This document shows, piece after piece, positions 1-9,978 of a stretch of DNA of 64,000 nt. This DNA comes from Candidatus Sericytochromatia bacterium (GTDB lineage Bacteria; Cyanobacteriota; Sericytochromatia; S15B-MN24; UBA4093): contig JAKFCT010000038.1 of the NCBI GenBank assembly GCA_036676495.1, positions 8,342 to 72,341 of the forward strand, in the 5' to 3' direction. The notes under the pieces were generated by a model. That model was not told the origin of the DNA and did not search any database. It saw only the letters and a program-made list of their open reading frames with translations. Each line of letters opens with the position of its first letter. Position 1 is the stretch's first letter. The position numbers were made by a program, and so were the translations under genes.

Positions 1-210
1 GACGTCGAGGACATCCCCTCCGCGCAGCTTCAGGCTCGGCTTGGCGCTCTTGCCGTTCACCTGCACCAGGCCCTCCGAGATGAGGTCCTGCAGGCGCGAG
101 CGCGAGACGCCTTCCAGCTGGGCGCAGAGATACTGATCCAGGCGTTCCCCCTTGGCTTCCGGCGGAACGATCAGGGTTTGGGAGGAGTCTTCCTCCAGGG
201 CTTCTGCCAT
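1..210 (-). CDS. rluD: RluA-family 23S rRNA pseudouridine synthase, N-terminal S4 domain (partial, runs off the window start)
   Basis: Manual translation from ATG at 210: MAEALEEDSSQTLIVPPEAKGERLDQYLCAQLEGVSRSRLQDLISEGLVQVNGKSAKPSLKLRGGDVLDV, the typical RLD..L....SRS....LI..G.V.VNG pattern of RluD/RluC. Confidence 0.75.
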   Translation of the reverse strand, partial: MAEALEEDSSQTLIVPPEAKGERLDQYLCAQLEGVSRSRLQDLISEGLVQVNGKSAKPSLKLRGGDVLDV

Positions 211-225
211 CGGTCGTTATCCATG

Positions 226-257
226 AAAAAGGCGCGGGGCCCCGAAGGGCCCCGCGT
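226..257 (-). terminator. Rho-independent terminator after rne
   Basis: 10-bp stem CGCGGGGCCC/GGGCCCCGCG with a TTCG loop on the minus strand, followed by TTTTT. Confidence 0.8.
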
Positions 258-264
258 CAGGTCG

Positions 265-2676
265 TTACTCGGTGACGGGAGTCTTCCGAGTCCGGGTGGA
301 GGTCCGGGTGGACCGCCGGCGCGCCGGGGTCGCGGGAGCCTCTTCCGCCGCGGGAGCGGCCTCGACCGGCTCGGGCTGCGGGGCTTCCGCCGGCTCCGCG
401 GCCTTGGCGGTCTTCGGGGCCGCCTTGGTCGCCGGGGTCCGGGTGGAGGTCCGGCGACGAGCCGGCGCCCGGCGCTTGGGCTCGGCGGGGGCTTCCTCAG
501 CCTCCGGGGCCGCGACCTCTGCCTCGACGGTCTCCGCTTCGGCGGTCACGGCAGGCGTCAGCTCCTGAGGAGCCAGCTCCTGCGGAGCCCGTTCCTCGGC
601 AGCGGGTTCGACCGCGGCCGGGGCGGCTGCGGGGATCTCCGCGGCCTCTTCGGCGGCGACCAGCAGGCCGGGCGCCACCTCGACGAGGCGGGTCCGGGGG
701 CGCTGGGGAACGCGCGTCCGACCTTCGCGACGGCGCACCGTCGTGGCCGCTTCCGCGACCTCGGCCGGAGCCGCCGGCACGGGTGCCGGAGCCACGGGAG
801 CCACAGGCGCGGGGGCCTCGACCCGGGGAGCCGGAGCCGGCTCGAAAGCACGCTCCTCACGAGCGGGACGCGCTTCGCGGGCCGGACGCTCCCGGCGGCG
901 ATGACGCTGGCGCTCCTCGCGGCCTTCGCGCGCTTCCCGCGCCACCGGCTCGGGAGTCGGCAGTTCCTCGAGCTCCTCGAGCATCGCGAACTCCTCGGGC
1001 TCGGGCAGCTCGCGCACCGGCAGTTCCTCACGAACCGGGCGCTCTTCGCGGAAGGGGCGCGCTTCGCGGGCCGGGCGCTCCCGGCGCTCGCGGCGACCCT
1101 CACGGCCGAAGCGCTCGCGGGGAGCCGCTTCGCGGGCAGCCGGAACCTCGGGAGCCTCTTCGAGTTCGAAGGGCTCGATCATCAGGCCCTCTTCCTCGAA
1201 CTCCTCCTCGGTGGTCGTGGCCTCTTCCACGATCAGCCCCGTCTCCGGAGCCTCCTCGCGGGGTCCCCGACCGCGACGGCGGCGGCGGCGGCGGCGGCCC
1301 CGCCGCTCCTCGGCTTCCTCGGTCGTGGTGACGGGCTCTTCAAGGCCCACGTTCTCGATGATGGGCTCCTCGACGAGCTCCTCGACCAGGATCTCGGGCT
1401 GCTCCTCGACGGTCTCGGGCTTGAGCTCGGGGAGGGGAAGGCGGATCTCGAAGGGCGTGACCTCGTTGCGCACGCGACCGAGTCCCGAGCATTCCGGGCA
1501 GCGGTGGGTGAGCTGCTCGAGGATGCTCTGGCCCTGACGGCGACGCGAGAGTTCGAGCAGGCCGTGCTCCGAGAAGGCCGAGGTGATCTGCGGGCGGGAC
1601 TTGTCCGGGGCCAGGGCCTCGTTGAAGTGGGCGATCACCTTCTGGCGGTCGGCGGCGTAGTCCATGGAGATGAAGTCGACGATGACGATCCCGCCGATGT
1701 CGCGCAGGCGAATCTGGCGGGCGATCTCGACGGCGGCCTCGAGGTTGGTGCGCAGCACCGTCTCGTTGAGGCTCTTCGAGGACGTGAGCTTGCCGGAGTT
1801 GACGTCGATGACCGTGAGGGCCTCGGTGGCCTCGATGACGATCGACCCGCCCGACGGCAGGCGCACCGTCGGCTTGAGGGCGTTCTCGAACTCCATGGGG
1901 ATCCGGTACTGCTGGAGCAAGGGGGTCCGGCCGCGGTAGACCTGGAGGTTGCGGACCATCTCGGGCATCCAGCCCTGAAGAATGCTCTTGGCGCGCTGGT
2001 AGGAGGCTTCCGAATCGAAGACCACGCGCTCGGTGTCCGCGGTGAGGCGATCGCGCAGCACGCGGGTCAGGAGGTCCTGGTCCCGGTAAAGGAGCGCGGG
2101 CGGCTGGCTCATCTGGGCCTGGTGGAGGATGTCGGTCCAGCGCTCCAGGAGTTCCTGGATGTCGCGCTTGAGCTCGGCCTCGGTGGCGCCGGCGGCCTCG
2201 GTGCGGACGATCAGGCCGTGGCCGGGGTCCTTGAGCTCGGAGGCGATCGCCCGCAGCCGGTCGCGCTCCTTGCCGTCGGTGATCATGCGCGAGAGGCAGA
2301 CCCGGTTGTCATGGGGCACGAAAACCAAAAACCGACCGGGAATCGAGAGGCGCCCCGTGAGGCGGGCTCCCTTGGTACCGGTCGGTGCCTTGGCAATCTG
2401 GACGACGAGCTTCTCGCCGGGCTTGACGGTCGGGGTCTTCGCCTTGCGCTTGGGACCCTGCACTTGCGGAAGATCCGCCAGGTGGATGAACCCGTTCTTG
2501 TCGTGGCCGATGTTGACGAATGCGGCTTCGATAGCGGGGACGACCGATTCGACGCGTCCGAGGATGATGTCGCCGACCAGCTGGTCGCCTTGACGCATCA
2601 CGAACTCGACGGCGCGGCCGTTCTCGAAGACGACGGCCAGGTCGTCAGCCTCGCTGAATACGATTTCTCTCTTCAC
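265..2676 (-). CDS. rne: Ribonuclease E (Rne/Rng family) with a long disordered C-terminal half
   Basis: S1 region (AAFVNIGHDKNGFIH), KGARLTGRLSIPGRFLV, catalytic IDVNSG and GGIVIVDFISM, Zn-link CPECSG; about 390 aa Glu/Arg/Pro/Ala-rich tail. Confidence 0.93.
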   Translation of the reverse strand: MKREIVFSEADDLAVVFENGRAVEFVMRQGDQLVGDIILGRVESVVPAIEAAFVNIGHDKNGFIHLADLPQVQGPKRKAKTPTVKPGEKLVVQIAKAPTGTKGARLTGRLSIPGRFLVFVPHDNRVCLSRMITDGKERDRLRAIASELKDPGHGLIVRTEAAGATEAELKRDIQELLERWTDILHQAQMSQPPALLYRDQDLLTRVLRDRLTADTERVVFDSEASYQRAKSILQGWMPEMVRNLQVYRGRTPLLQQYRIPMEFENALKPTVRLPSGGSIVIEATEALTVIDVNSGKLTSSKSLNETVLRTNLEAAVEIARQIRLRDIGGIVIVDFISMDYAADRQKVIAHFNEALAPDKSRPQITSAFSEHGLLELSRRRQGQSILEQLTHRCPECSGLGRVRNEVTPFEIRLPLPELKPETVEEQPEILVEELVEEPIIENVGLEEPVTTTEEAEERRGRRRRRRRRGRGPREEAPETGLIVEEATTTEEEFEEEGLMIEPFELEEAPEVPAAREAAPRERFGREGRRERRERPAREARPFREERPVREELPVRELPEPEEFAMLEELEELPTPEPVAREAREGREERQRHRRRERPAREARPAREERAFEPAPAPRVEAPAPVAPVAPAPVPAAPAEVAEAATTVRRREGRTRVPQRPRTRLVEVAPGLLVAAEEAAEIPAAAPAAVEPAAEERAPQELAPQELTPAVTAEAETVEAEVAAPEAEEAPAEPKRRAPARRRTSTRTPATKAAPKTAKAAEPAEAPQPEPVEAAPAAEEAPATPARRRSTRTSTRTRKTPVTE

Positions 2677-2909
2677 AAAGACTTCCTATGTGTCGCTGTG
2701 AGCAAGGGCCGGAGAGGGGGGGAACCCTCCAGGAACGACCCATGCCAAAAGGGGGGACGGGGCCGGCGCTCGACCCGACCGTTCATCGGCCCATCGATCC
2801 CAGCTGGGTCTCGATTCTGGGGCCCGCGACGGGCCGGGGAGCAAGGGAAAAACTTTGCCTCCATCGTAACAAAGTGCTTAACCTGGGTCAAGCTCCCCGG
2901 GTCTCCACC

Positions 2910-2938
2910 TTGCCAAGGCCCGCGCGCGCGCCTATCAT
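2910..2938 (+). promoter_or_regulatory. Sigma70-type promoter for ruvC-ruvA, probably leaderless
   Basis: TTGCCA (2910-2915), 17-nt spacer, TATCAT (2933-2938), ATG 6 nt downstream. Confidence 0.6.
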
Positions 2939-2944
2939 GAGGCC

Positions 2945-3463
2945 ATGCGCTTGCTCGGCATCGACCCAGGGACCGCCACCGTCGGCTACGGCGTCATCGA
3001 CGTCGACGGGGACTACCACTCCACCATGGTCGCCTTCGGAGTCATCAAAACCCCGCCCCACATGCCCATGGCCGAGCGCCTGCGCATCATCTACGACGAT
3101 GCCCGCGAGCTGCTGGCCCTCTACAAGCCCGGCGTCGTCGTCATCGAAAAACTCTTCGCCTTTCGCAACGTCACCAACGTCATCACCGTGGCCCAGGCCC
3201 GCGGCGTCCTGACCCTGGCGGCGCATCAGGCGGGCTGCAAGCTCGCCGAGTACACCCCAATGCAGGTCAAGCAAACCATCACCGGCTACGGCCGCGCCCA
3301 GAAGCTCGAAATCCAGGAGATGGTCCGCGACATGCTCGACCTCCCCTCCATCCCCCGCCCCGACGACGCCGCCGACGCCCTCGCCTTCGCCCTCACCCAC
3401 GTCCAGTTCCTGCAAGGCGGCGGCGCGCCCGACGAGGACGATCTCTCCCCGGAGCTCGCATGA
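2945..3463 (+). CDS. ruvC: Crossover junction endodeoxyribonuclease RuvC
   Basis: LGIDPG..GYGVI, VAQARGV, EYTPMQVKQTITGYGRAQK, PDDAADALA motifs. Confidence 0.97.
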   Translation: MRLLGIDPGTATVGYGVIDVDGDYHSTMVAFGVIKTPPHMPMAERLRIIYDDARELLALYKPGVVVIEKLFAFRNVTNVITVAQARGVLTLAAHQAGCKLAEYTPMQVKQTITGYGRAQKLEIQEMVRDMLDLPSIPRPDDAADALAFALTHVQFLQGGGAPDEDDLSPELA

Positions 3464-4065
3464 TCATCTCCCTGAAGGGCACGCTCGCCCACTTCGGAAA
3501 CGACTACGCCATCCTCGACGTACACGGAGTCGGCTACCAGGTCTTCCTCTCCGCCAGGCAGCTCCGCGACCTGCCCCCCGAAGGCCAGACCGTCACCCTC
3601 TACACCTACCTCGCCCACCGCGAGGACGCCATGCTGCTCTACGGCTTCCCCTCCCTCGAAGAACGCGAGCTCTTCCTCATGCTCACCTCCGTCTCCGGAG
3701 TGGGCACCAAGACCGCGCTGGGGATCCTCTCGGCCATGAGCGCCTCGGACGTGGTCACGGCGATCGCCACCGCCGACTCCAAGCGCCTCGCCAAGGCTCC
3801 CGGCATCGGCAAGAAGACCGCCGAACGCCTGATCCTCGAGCTCAAGGAGAAACTCACCGCCAAGCGCACTGCCTTCCGCGAAGGCCTCGGCGCCCATGCC
3901 CTCCCCGCCTCGGGCCTCAGCACGGAACTGCAGGAGGCCGAGCTCGCCCTGCTCTCCCTCGGCTACGATCCCGACGAGATTGCCACCGCCCTCGGCCGCA
4001 TCCCTCCGGGCGCCTCCATCGAAGACGCCATCCGGTCGGCCATCGAACGCCTGAGCGAAATCTAA
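3460..4065 (+). CDS. ruvA: Holliday junction branch migration protein RuvA
   Basis: DVHGVGYQV, REDAMLLYGF, VSGVGTKTAL, PGIGKKTAERLILELK; ATGA overlap with ruvC. Confidence 0.97.
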   Translation: MIISLKGTLAHFGNDYAILDVHGVGYQVFLSARQLRDLPPEGQTVTLYTYLAHREDAMLLYGFPSLEERELFLMLTSVSGVGTKTALGILSAMSASDVVTAIATADSKRLAKAPGIGKKTAERLILELKEKLTAKRTAFREGLGAHALPASGLSTELQEAELALLSLGYDPDEIATALGRIPPGASIEDAIRSAIERLSEI

Positions 4066-4169
4066 GCATGTGCTCCCGCGGACCAAGGCCCGCTTGGCTT
4101 CTTCGAAGCCGCTTCCTATGCCGCTCGGCAGCGGCAAGGAAGCCTTATTTAGCGGGCCAGGCCGCTTAG

Positions 4170-6134
4170 CTACGCCGCGGACGGCGGCTCCACCCGGCAT
4201 GCCGCCGGGACGCCGCGGGGCAGCCGGAACCAGAACGTGCTGCCCTTGCCCGGCTCGCTGCGCACCCCGATCTGTCCCCCATGGGCCTCGACTTGCGCCT
4301 TGCTGATGCTGAGTCCCAAGCCCGTTCCCGCCTTCATCCGGCTTCCGGCCTCCAATTGCGAGAAGCGCTTGAAGAGCTTGGGGACATCCTCCGGCGCGAT
4401 CCCGATCCCGGTGTCGCTGACCTCGCAGAGCACGCCGTCCCCATCCTCCTTCAGCCGAACCTCCACATGCCCCCCTTCGGGCGTGAACTTGAGGGAGTTG
4501 CCGATCAAGTTGGAGACCACCCGCTCGATGCGCTGCGGATCCAGCACCTGCATCACCGGGGCTTCCGGCATGGAGGCGTGAAGGTCCAGGTGGCGCTCCT
4601 CCGCCTGGGGGCGAAGGCTGTCGACGAGCTCCCGGATCCGCCCGGCCAGGTCCGTCTCCTCGCAGTGCAGCCGGAACGTGCCGGCGTCCAGGCGCGCGAC
4701 GTCCAGGAGATCGTTGACCATGCCCTCCAGCCGCTTGGAGCTCTTCGTGATCTGATCGACGAAGTCATGCTGCGTCGGAGTGAGCGGGCCCCCGAGCTCG
4801 TCCTCCAGGAACTCCGCGTAGCCCAGGATCGAGGTCAGGGGAGTGCGCAGGTCATGGGAGACGGCGTTGACGAAATCGCCCTTGAGCTTGTCGAGTTCCT
4901 TGAGTTTCTCGAACTGCTCGCGCAAGGTGGCCTCGAGACGTTTCCGCACGGTGATGTCGCGCGAGATCACCATGACCCCGATCAAGCTCCCGTCAGAGGC
5001 GTAGTAAGGGTACTTGGAGCTGTCGTAGACCCGATCCTCACCTCCCGGAGTGCGAACTTCGATCTCGTAACTCTGCGGGGCCTCCGAGGCGAGGACGGCC
5101 TGGTCGTTCTCCATGATCCGGCGCGCCGTGTCTGCCTCGAAGATCTCGACATCCCGCCGGCCGAGGATCTCCGGGACCGGCCGCCCCGCCATGCGTGCGA
5201 AGGCCGGGTTCGCCAGGAGGTAGCGCCCCTCGCGGTCCCGGATCATGATGAGGTCCGGCGAGGTCTCGATGAGGGTTCGCAGCGTGGCCTCGCGCTTGCT
5301 CAAGGAGGCCTCGACCTGCTCCAGCACTCCGGAGTGCCACCAGAGCAGGGAGGCGGTGACGACGACCATGCTCGTCACCATGAACCCGGTCACGAGGGGG
5401 GGATCGATTCCCCATGCCCGTCGCGCCCAGAGGCCCATCAGCCCCAGCAAGACCGGAGTGAGCAAAACCACGGGAAGCAGGCTCCTCAGAATCCGCCCGC
5501 CCAGACCCTCGCTGGAGAGCAAGGCCATGAACCCCCGTTCAGGGCGGGCTGCCAGCAGGCCCGAGGCCAGGATCAGGAACGCCAGGGCCGTGCTCAGGGC
5601 CATGGGATGGACCCCCGGCCCCAGGCGGGTGAAGGTGGCCACCTCGAAGAGGTAGCCGACGAGCGGAAAGAAGGCGAGAATGGCGGCGCCCAGTGCGAGG
5701 ACCTGCGACATCCGCTGAAGGCCGGGCGATCGGGCGCCCAGGGCGTACATGCTGGCGCCGAGCAGTAGCAAGCCCAGGGCCGTATTGGGCGCCACGGGGC
5801 CCAGCGGCTCGCTCGCAAGCACGAGCGGCGTGCCCCAGAACCCTCCGCCGAGCACGAGCCCGCCGATCACGACGGCCGCGACGACGGCCGCCCGCGCGGC
5901 GCGGAGGGCCCGCGGCGGAGGGGGATCCGCGCCTTGGAGCCCGAGCGCTCCCCCCAGCAGCAGGATGGCGACGGCGACCAGCGGATGCATCGCGTCCGCG
6001 GGCATGGAGCCGCCGCGTCCGGTCAGGACGGGCAGCCAGGTGAGGAGGACCAGGACGGCGAGCGCCGAGGCCCCGAGGCTCGCCGCACGGGCGTAGCGGC
6101 GAAGATACCGCAGCAGCTGCGGATGGCGTCGCAT
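4170..6134 (-). CDS. Membrane-bound PAS-domain sensor histidine kinase (orphan in this window)
   Basis: About 7 hydrophobic helices, PAS/PAC domain, H-box [13 protein letters not shown]-box [11 protein letters not shown] boxes DTGIGI and GTGLGLSI. Confidence 0.92.
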   Translation of the reverse strand: MRRHPQLLRYLRRYARAASLGASALAVLVLLTWLPVLTGRGGSMPADAMHPLVAVAILLLGGALGLQGADPPPPRALRAARAAVVAAVVIGGLVLGGGFWGTPLVLASEPLGPVAPNTALGLLLLGASMYALGARSPGLQRMSQVLALGAAILAFFPLVGYLFEVATFTRLGPGVHPMALSTALAFLILASGLLAARPERGFMALLSSEGLGGRILRSLLPVVLLTPVLLGLMGLWARRAWGIDPPLVTGFMVTSMVVVTASLLWWHSGVLEQVEASLSKREATLRTLIETSPDLIMIRDREGRYLLANPAFARMAGRPVPEILGRRDVEIFEADTARRIMENDQAVLASEAPQSYEIEVRTPGGEDRVYDSSKYPYYASDGSLIGVMVISRDITVRKRLEATLREQFEKLKELDKLKGDFVNAVSHDLRTPLTSILGYAEFLEDELGGPLTPTQHDFVDQITKSSKRLEGMVNDLLDVARLDAGTFRLHCEETDLAGRIRELVDSLRPQAEERHLDLHASMPEAPVMQVLDPQRIERVVSNLIGNSLKFTPEGGHVEVRLKEDGDGVLCEVSDTGIGIAPEDVPKLFKRFSQLEAGSRMKAGTGLGLSISKAQVEAHGGQIGVRSEPGKGSTFWFRLPRGVPAACRVEPPSAA

Positions 6135-6269
6135 GAACCCCCGCCCCCTCCCGTTCGACTCCTCCTGCCCACGCCGGCACCGATCGGCCGAGACGCGCCG
6201 ATCCGGCGCCCTCCACCGGCAATTTACCGAAGTCGGGATCGGATCGCCAGGGAAGGCTCCCTGATGGGG

Positions 6270-7460
6270 CTAGAGTCCCAATTCGGAGACGATCTGCCCG
6301 GGATCCTCGGCCACGCGGCGGCGGTAGCACATGCGCTGCAGGATCTGGGGAAGGTCGCGGATCGGCTTGCCTTGCCGCAAGAGTTCGGCCAGGACCGCGT
6401 GGATCTCGCTGAGATCGTAGGATTCCCGGGCCAGCCGGACCACCGCCGGAGCCCGCAGCGAGACCTTTTCGAGCAGCAGGTCGACCTCGTCGTAGCTGAG
6501 GATCTGATGGGCATGGTCCTGGGCCACCGCCCGCAGGTGCTGGAGGATGACCGACTGGGGCAGAAGGAGCAAGCAGCCCATGGCGGCCGCCTGGGGCGCC
6601 ATGTCCTCGGGGACCCAGACGGCAGCCCGCCCGCTGAGGGGTTCCTGGGCCGCCAGGGCCCGGGCGTCGCGGCTCAGCTCCGCAGGCGGATCGAGCGCGA
6701 GCACGTAGCCGATGGCCAGGTGCCCACCCGCCACGGGGATACCGCGCACCAGGATCCGGTACTCGCCGGCCCCCAGGTTGAGGTTGTCGCGGAACTGGAC
6801 CCCCGGCAGGACGAAGCCGGTCTCCATGGCCAATTCGACCCGCATCTGGACGACCTGATCCATGAGGTAGCCGCCCGCGGTGGGCTCCACCAGGGTCACG
6901 ACGTCGATGCCGAACTCCACCGCCACCGGGGCCAGCCCCAAGAGATCGAAGACGTTCTCGGGGTTGCGCAGGGCGGGATCGATCGCGCCGACCTCCTCGC
7001 CGTGGGCGCGCGGCTCGGGTTCGGCGAAGATCATCGGGATCGGCAAGCGCGGGGCCAAGGTCTTCGGGATCTGAGCGACCAGGCCTCCGAGACGGCGCAG
7101 GCGGCCCATGTCGCCGGGCGGCAGGCCCGGGGGAGCTCCCTTGCGGCGGTAGGCGGCCTCGGCGAGCTGCTTCAGCTGATCGAACTGGTGAAGGGCCGCA
7201 TTGGCGTCGAAGCGCAGGCGATCGTCGTTGGCCAAAGCCGCCACGATCCGCTCCACTTCCTCCGGACATTCCGGCAGCATCCCGCTGGCGTTCGCCTGAG
7301 CGAGGAGGCCCTCGGCATGGCGCAGGACCTCCATGCCCGGGGTGACGGTCTGGATCAGGGTCTCGACGTAGCGAAGGGCCTCGGCGTCGTCCTTGAGGAC
7401 TTCGAGCTCTCCTTCCGCCGATCCTTTGCCCTCGATCACCGTGAACCGCTCGCGCGCCAT
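6270..7460 (-). CDS. Soluble protein carrying an FlhA-like (FHIPEP) cytoplasmic domain, no transmembrane region
   Basis: From PENVFDLLG onward it aligns by eye with this window's FlhA ([26 protein letters not shown] versus GLVLPPIRVRDNLQLKPKEYRINLRG); SD-like GAGGGG upstream of ATG. Confidence 0.8.
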   Translation of the reverse strand: MARERFTVIEGKGSAEGELEVLKDDAEALRYVETLIQTVTPGMEVLRHAEGLLAQANASGMLPECPEEVERIVAALANDDRLRFDANAALHQFDQLKQLAEAAYRRKGAPPGLPPGDMGRLRRLGGLVAQIPKTLAPRLPIPMIFAEPEPRAHGEEVGAIDPALRNPENVFDLLGLAPVAVEFGIDVVTLVEPTAGGYLMDQVVQMRVELAMETGFVLPGVQFRDNLNLGAGEYRILVRGIPVAGGHLAIGYVLALDPPAELSRDARALAAQEPLSGRAAVWVPEDMAPQAAAMGCLLLLPQSVILQHLRAVAQDHAHQILSYDEVDLLLEKVSLRAPAVVRLARESYDLSEIHAVLAELLRQGKPIRDLPQILQRMCYRRRVAEDPGQIVSELGL

Positions 7461-7587
7461 GCTTCACCCCCTCTGAATCGGTTGCCGGGTCCACTATACC
7501 CCAACGAGCGAGCGGCCATTCAGGGGGGGACGGCCGCGGGCGGGGCGGTCCCGGATGGAACAGTCGTTCGACCCCGGGGCGTTCGGA

Positions 7588-7596
7588 TGGTACAAT
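7588..7596 (+). promoter_or_regulatory. Extended -10 promoter element for ruvB
   Basis: TGGTACAAT about 40 nt upstream of the start; SD AGAGGAG at 7621-7627. Confidence 0.5.
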
Positions 7597-7634
7597 GGCC
7601 CTGGAGATCCGCCCCGTTCCAGAGGAGACGTCCC

Positions 7635-8699
7635 TTGGCCATCGTTCCGTCCACGCCCGAGCCGCGGGAAGTGCTCTCGCCGGCGCAGAGCCCGGCAGAG
7701 TCCCAGCTCGAAGCCAGCCTCCGCCCGCAATCGCTGGAGGACTACACCGGGCAAGAAGCCCTCAAGGACGGCCTGAAGATCGCCATCGAGGCCGCCCGGC
7801 ACCGCCAGGAGCCGCTCGATCATGTGCTCTTCTACGGGCCCCCGGGCCTGGGGAAAACCACGCTGGCCGGGATCCTCGCCCATGAGATGGGCTCCCAGCT
7901 GCGGATCACCTCGGCGCCCGCCCTGGAGCGGCCGCGCGATCTGGCCGGCTTGCTCGTCGCCCTCAAGCCGGGCGACATCCTCTTCATCGACGAGATCCAC
8001 CGCCTCAACCGGCTGGCCGAGGAGATCCTCTATCCCGCCATGGAGGACTGCGCGCTCGACATCACCATCGGCAAGGGGCAGACCGCGCGGATCAAGCGCC
8101 TTCCCTTGAAGCGCTTCACGCTGGTGGGGGCCACCACGCGGGCCGGAAGCCTCTCGGCTCCCTTGCGCGATCGCTTCGGCCTGATTCAACGCCTCGAATT
8201 CTACCGGCCGCATGAGCTGGCGAGCATCCTGGTGCGCGCGGCGGGGATCCTGAAGGTCGACCTCAGCCCGGAAGGCGCCGAGGCGATCGCCAAGCGCTCC
8301 CGCGGCACCCCCCGCATCGCCAACCGCCTCCTCAAGCGCGTCCGCGACTTCGCCCAGGTGCGCGCCAACGGGCAAGTGACCGCCGAAGTGGCGGAAGAGG
8401 CGCTCGGCCAGCTTCACATCGACGCCCTCGGGCTGGACCCCACCGACCGCCGGCTGCTGGAACTCGTGATCACCCAGTTCGACGGGGGACCGGTCGGGAT
8501 CGAAACCCTGGCCACCGCGCTTTCCGAGGACGTCTCCACCCTCGAGGACGTGGTCGAACCCTACCTCCTGCAGGCGGGCCTGTGGCGCCGTACCCCGCGC
8601 GGGCGCACGGTCACGCCCCAAGCCTACCGACATCTCGGCCTGACGCCGCCTCAGCAATCCCTCGCGCTGCCGCTGAGCATGCTGAACGAAAGCAACTGA
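7635..8699 (+). CDS. ruvB: Holliday junction branch migration helicase RuvB
   Basis: [12 protein letters not shown], Walker [39 protein letters not shown]; TTG start at 7635 chosen from the SD (the ORF-track extension back to 5934 is spurious). Confidence 0.96.
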   Translation: MAIVPSTPEPREVLSPAQSPAESQLEASLRPQSLEDYTGQEALKDGLKIAIEAARHRQEPLDHVLFYGPPGLGKTTLAGILAHEMGSQLRITSAPALERPRDLAGLLVALKPGDILFIDEIHRLNRLAEEILYPAMEDCALDITIGKGQTARIKRLPLKRFTLVGATTRAGSLSAPLRDRFGLIQRLEFYRPHELASILVRAAGILKVDLSPEGAEAIAKRSRGTPRIANRLLKRVRDFAQVRANGQVTAEVAEEALGQLHIDALGLDPTDRRLLELVITQFDGGPVGIETLATALSEDVSTLEDVVEPYLLQAGLWRRTPRGRTVTPQAYRHLGLTPPQQSLALPLSMLNESN

Positions 8700-8718
8700 C
8701 GGAAAGCGAACGATCGAT

Positions 8719-8724
8719 TATAAT
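8719..8724 (+). promoter_or_regulatory. -10 element for ilvE
   Basis: Perfect TATAAT in the ruvB-ilvE gap, about 125 nt before the ATG. Confidence 0.5.
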
Positions 8725-8849
8725 GGGTGTATCGGGGCGACCAACCTAGCTCCCGAGCATCTTGGATCGCCAGAAAGCCCCGCCTGGGCTGGTCCCAACG
8801 GTGTGACCCCACGGCGCTGACCGCAGCGACCGGAGAGAAAGGTAGCGAC

Positions 8850-9812
8850 ATGGCGCAACAGCTCGCCTACTTCCAGGGGGACTTCGTCCCGCTCGAAGAA
8901 GCCAATATCAATATCCTCACCCACGCTTTCAACTACGGAACCGGATGCTTCGAAGGCATCCGCGCCTACTGGAACGAGCAGAAGGAAGAGCTTTTCGTCC
9001 TTCACCTCGAAGCCCATTTCCGCCGTCTGGAGCGCTCCGCCAAGATCCTCCACGCGAAGCTTCCCCACTCGGTCGAAGAGCTCTGCGCGATCACCATGGA
9101 GCTGATCCGCCGCTGCGGGTACCGCCAGGACATCTACCTCCGGCCGACCCTCTACAAGGCCGATCACGTCATGGGCGTCAAGCTGCACAACCTCACCGAC
9201 GAGCTCTGCATCTACGTGATCCCCATGGGCACCTACGTCGACATCGATCGCCCCCTCAAGGTCGGAGTCTCCTCCTGGCGCCGGATCAACGATAACCAGA
9301 TCCCCGCCCGGGCCAAGATCGTCGGAGCCTACGTCAACTCGGCGTTCGCCAAGACCGAGGCCAACCTCAACGGCTTCGACGAGGCCATCTTCCTCAACGA
9401 GCAAGGCCACGTCTGCGAAGGCTCCGCCGAGAACCTCTTCATGGTGCGCAACGGCGCCCTGATCACCCCCGGCGAGAACGAGGACATCCTCGAAGGCATC
9501 ACCCGCGCCTCCGTCATCGAGCTGGCCCAGAAGGAACTCGGCCTCGAGACCGTCATGCGCGCCATCGATCGCTCGGAGATCTACGTCTGCGACGAGATCT
9601 TCCTCTGCGGCACCGGCGCCCAGATCGCCTGGGTCAACGAGGCAGATCATCGCCCGATCGGCACCGGCAAGATGGGCCCCATCACCGCTCAGCTGCGCGA
9701 CCTCTACTTCCGCGCCGTGCGCGGAGATCTGCCCCAGTACATGCACTGGCTGGACGCCGCCTACGGCTCCAACGGCGCGGCCAAGGCCGACCGCGAGGCA
9801 AGCCTCACCTAG
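8850..9812 (+). CDS. ilvE: Branched-chain amino acid aminotransferase
   Basis: HAFNYGTGCFEGIRAY, PLP lysine in ARAKIVGAYVNS, EGSAENLF, ILEGITR, GTGAQI; ATG at 8850 after GAAAGG. Confidence 0.95.
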   Translation: MAQQLAYFQGDFVPLEEANINILTHAFNYGTGCFEGIRAYWNEQKEELFVLHLEAHFRRLERSAKILHAKLPHSVEELCAITMELIRRCGYRQDIYLRPTLYKADHVMGVKLHNLTDELCIYVIPMGTYVDIDRPLKVGVSSWRRINDNQIPARAKIVGAYVNSAFAKTEANLNGFDEAIFLNEQGHVCEGSAENLFMVRNGALITPGENEDILEGITRASVIELAQKELGLETVMRAIDRSEIYVCDEIFLCGTGAQIAWVNEADHRPIGTGKMGPITAQLRDLYFRAVRGDLPQYMHWLDAAYGSNGAAKADREASLT

Positions 9813-9850
9813 CGCCCGCCGCACCGACGTGCGCGAAGTCCCATGATCAC

Positions 9851-9881
9851 GAGGTCCCCGCTGTCGCGGGGACCTCTTTTT
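9851..9881 (+). terminator. Rho-independent terminator after ilvE
   Basis: GAGGTCCCCGC-tgtc-GCGGGGACCTC followed by TTTTT. Confidence 0.85.
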
Positions 9882-9978
9882 AATGCCCACCCCGCCCCTT
9901 GCATGGAGCCGCCGATCCCGCGCCGCAGGCTTTACCCAAAGATCCCGATCTCTTAAGCCAGACTTAAGTCTCAGGACG

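Noticed and set aside
178-2940. 920-aa plus-strand ORF
   Set aside because: Antisense shadow of rne; high-GC codon bias suppresses stops on the opposite strand and the product has no recognisable motifs.
5934-7634. Apparent 570-aa N-terminal extension of RuvB
   Set aside because: Runs antisense across two real genes; ruvB has its own -10, SD and TTG at 7635.
8725-8849. T-box or ppGpp riboswitch before ilvE
   Set aside because: No GGTGGNACC T-box bulge, no terminator before the ATG and no ykkC core visible; kept only as an unassigned leader.
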